From the NCBI RefSeq assembly GCF_002105155.1, contig NW_019029002.1:557886-577885 (forward strand): DNA of 20,000 bases, given 5' to 3'. Shown one piece after another: positions 18,570 through 20,000 of this stretch. The notes under the pieces are model-generated. The model was not told the origin of the DNA. It made no database searches and saw only the letters and a list, made by a program, of their open reading frames with translations. The stretch comes from Lobosporangium transversale (lineage: Eukaryota). Made by a program: the position numbers and the translations under genes. The first letter of the stretch is position 1. Each line of letters starts with the position of its first letter.

Positions 18570-20000
18570 AATGAAAAGAGCTTTCCGGAACAAGACGGGT
18601 AGGAGCAAGAGCAGGAACAAAGAGCAAGGACAGGAACAGGAAGGGAGGGGCCTAGAAGATCAAGAAGGAGATAAAATGACCCTTCCTCACAAACACAAAA
18701 TTATATACTTGTCGGTTGCAGTTTAAGACAGTTAGAGTTGAGAGTGCCGGAGAATTAAAGAGCGAAAGATTAACAGTAAAGGAGCGATGGTCTCTCTTTT
18801 CTTTAATTCATGGTCATTTCTCCACCGCGGAGACAATGAAAAAAAAGTTACCCAAAACTGAATATCAAGGATGGAACAAGGACACGCGAACCTTTTTTTT
18901 TCTTTTTCTCCATGTAAACAGAGACTCGTGAGTGTTAGGATGATGGAGGAAGAAATCAAAAGAAAGATGGGGATTGATATTCATATTTAACCGGTATGAA
19001 ATACAAGCAATGAATAAATGCGCAATTGCACCTCCTTTTTTTTTAATATAATGTAGCCACGCAGAGGTCTTTATTGCCCACTTTATCATTTTACTTCAGG
19101 GGTGGAGAATCCTGTTGTTTCATTCACACATCTTTTTTTTTCTAGAGTAGAAAAGTTGCACAGCACCATCTTGGGGGAGGTTGCAATTGGGGAGTATATA
19201 TATATATTGAGTCATAACAAGCTTGTACTCAGAATACTTCATATTCGAGCAAACGCATGAATTAGAGCATGCTCCAAGATGTGCATAGATAATTGATCGA
19301 TATGGACGCAGGGAGGATCTGTTTTTTTCATTTGAAAGGTTTATGTGGCAAATGTAGGAATGCTGAAAAAGTACAAAAATGGTACTCCAAGACATTTAAT
19401 GCACACGAGGGGCAGGTTAGGGGAGACAACAGCAGGACTTTAAATTTGTCTTTGGGTCAATTTTTTTTCTTTTTTTTTTTTTTTTTTTTCTACTCTCCTT
19501 TTATTTTTTACCTTGTATAAATAACAATAGTAATAATAATAATAATAAATAGAGGTTAAGAACAGCAACTATACGGAATGAGAAGCTGATGGAATCAGAA
19601 TGGGACGCTTTGAAAAAAATAAAAAAGAGTAATGAACAAATGAGAGGTTGAGGAATGAGGTGTGCCAATAAAAAGAAAGTTGGAATAAGACCAACGGTTT
19701 AAAAGTAGGTGAGATAAAGTGCAAGAGATACAAGAATGAATGTAGTCAATTCATTCAACCCTTACTCTATATTTTTTTTTATTTTCTTTTCTTTTCTTTC
19801 TTTCTTTCTTTCTTTCTTTTTTTTTTTTTTTGGGGGGGGGGGAAGGGGGAGGAGAGAGAGAGGGGAAGGGAAGGGAAGGGAAGGAAGAGGGGAAGCAAGG
19901 CGTAAGTTGAGGACAAGACATTGACCATTTGAACAATGGCGAAATATGCCAATAAACAAATGAAGCGCAATTGATTTAGGATTGCATTTGATTGATACAC

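Noticed and set aside
18716..20000. Short ORFs and the T/G/purine tract near the window end
   Set aside because: Low-complexity intergenic sequence with no recognisable protein or RNA motif.

Overview
AT-rich, intron-containing fungal genomic DNA. The homopolymer-rich introns and gene content suggest an early-diverging fungus, possibly Mortierellaceae/Mucoromycota (inference). Four complete spliced genes were reconstructed by hand, all with frame-consistent GT-AG junctions: (1) + strand Zn2Cys6 transcription factor of the AcuM/Rds2 family (563-2867, 7 exons, ~477 aa); (2) - strand kinetochore scaffold Spc105/Spc7/KNL1 (8835-3017, 12 exons, ~1503 aa, with SILK, RVSF and MDIT motifs); (3) - strand mitochondrial proline dehydrogenase with a two-EF-hand insertion (12338-9321, 3 exons, ~679 aa); (4) - strand Kelch+BTB/POZ protein of the Ral2/Mds3 family (18340-15383, 2 exons, ~930 aa). 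The most notable unexplained feature lies in the 840-nt first intron of the proline dehydrogenase gene, where all other introns are ~90-200 nt. It is a compact 107-nt segment (11334-11440) that can fold into five nested helices, followed by cryptic splice signals. It is a candidate cis-regulatory or intron-hosted structured RNA.
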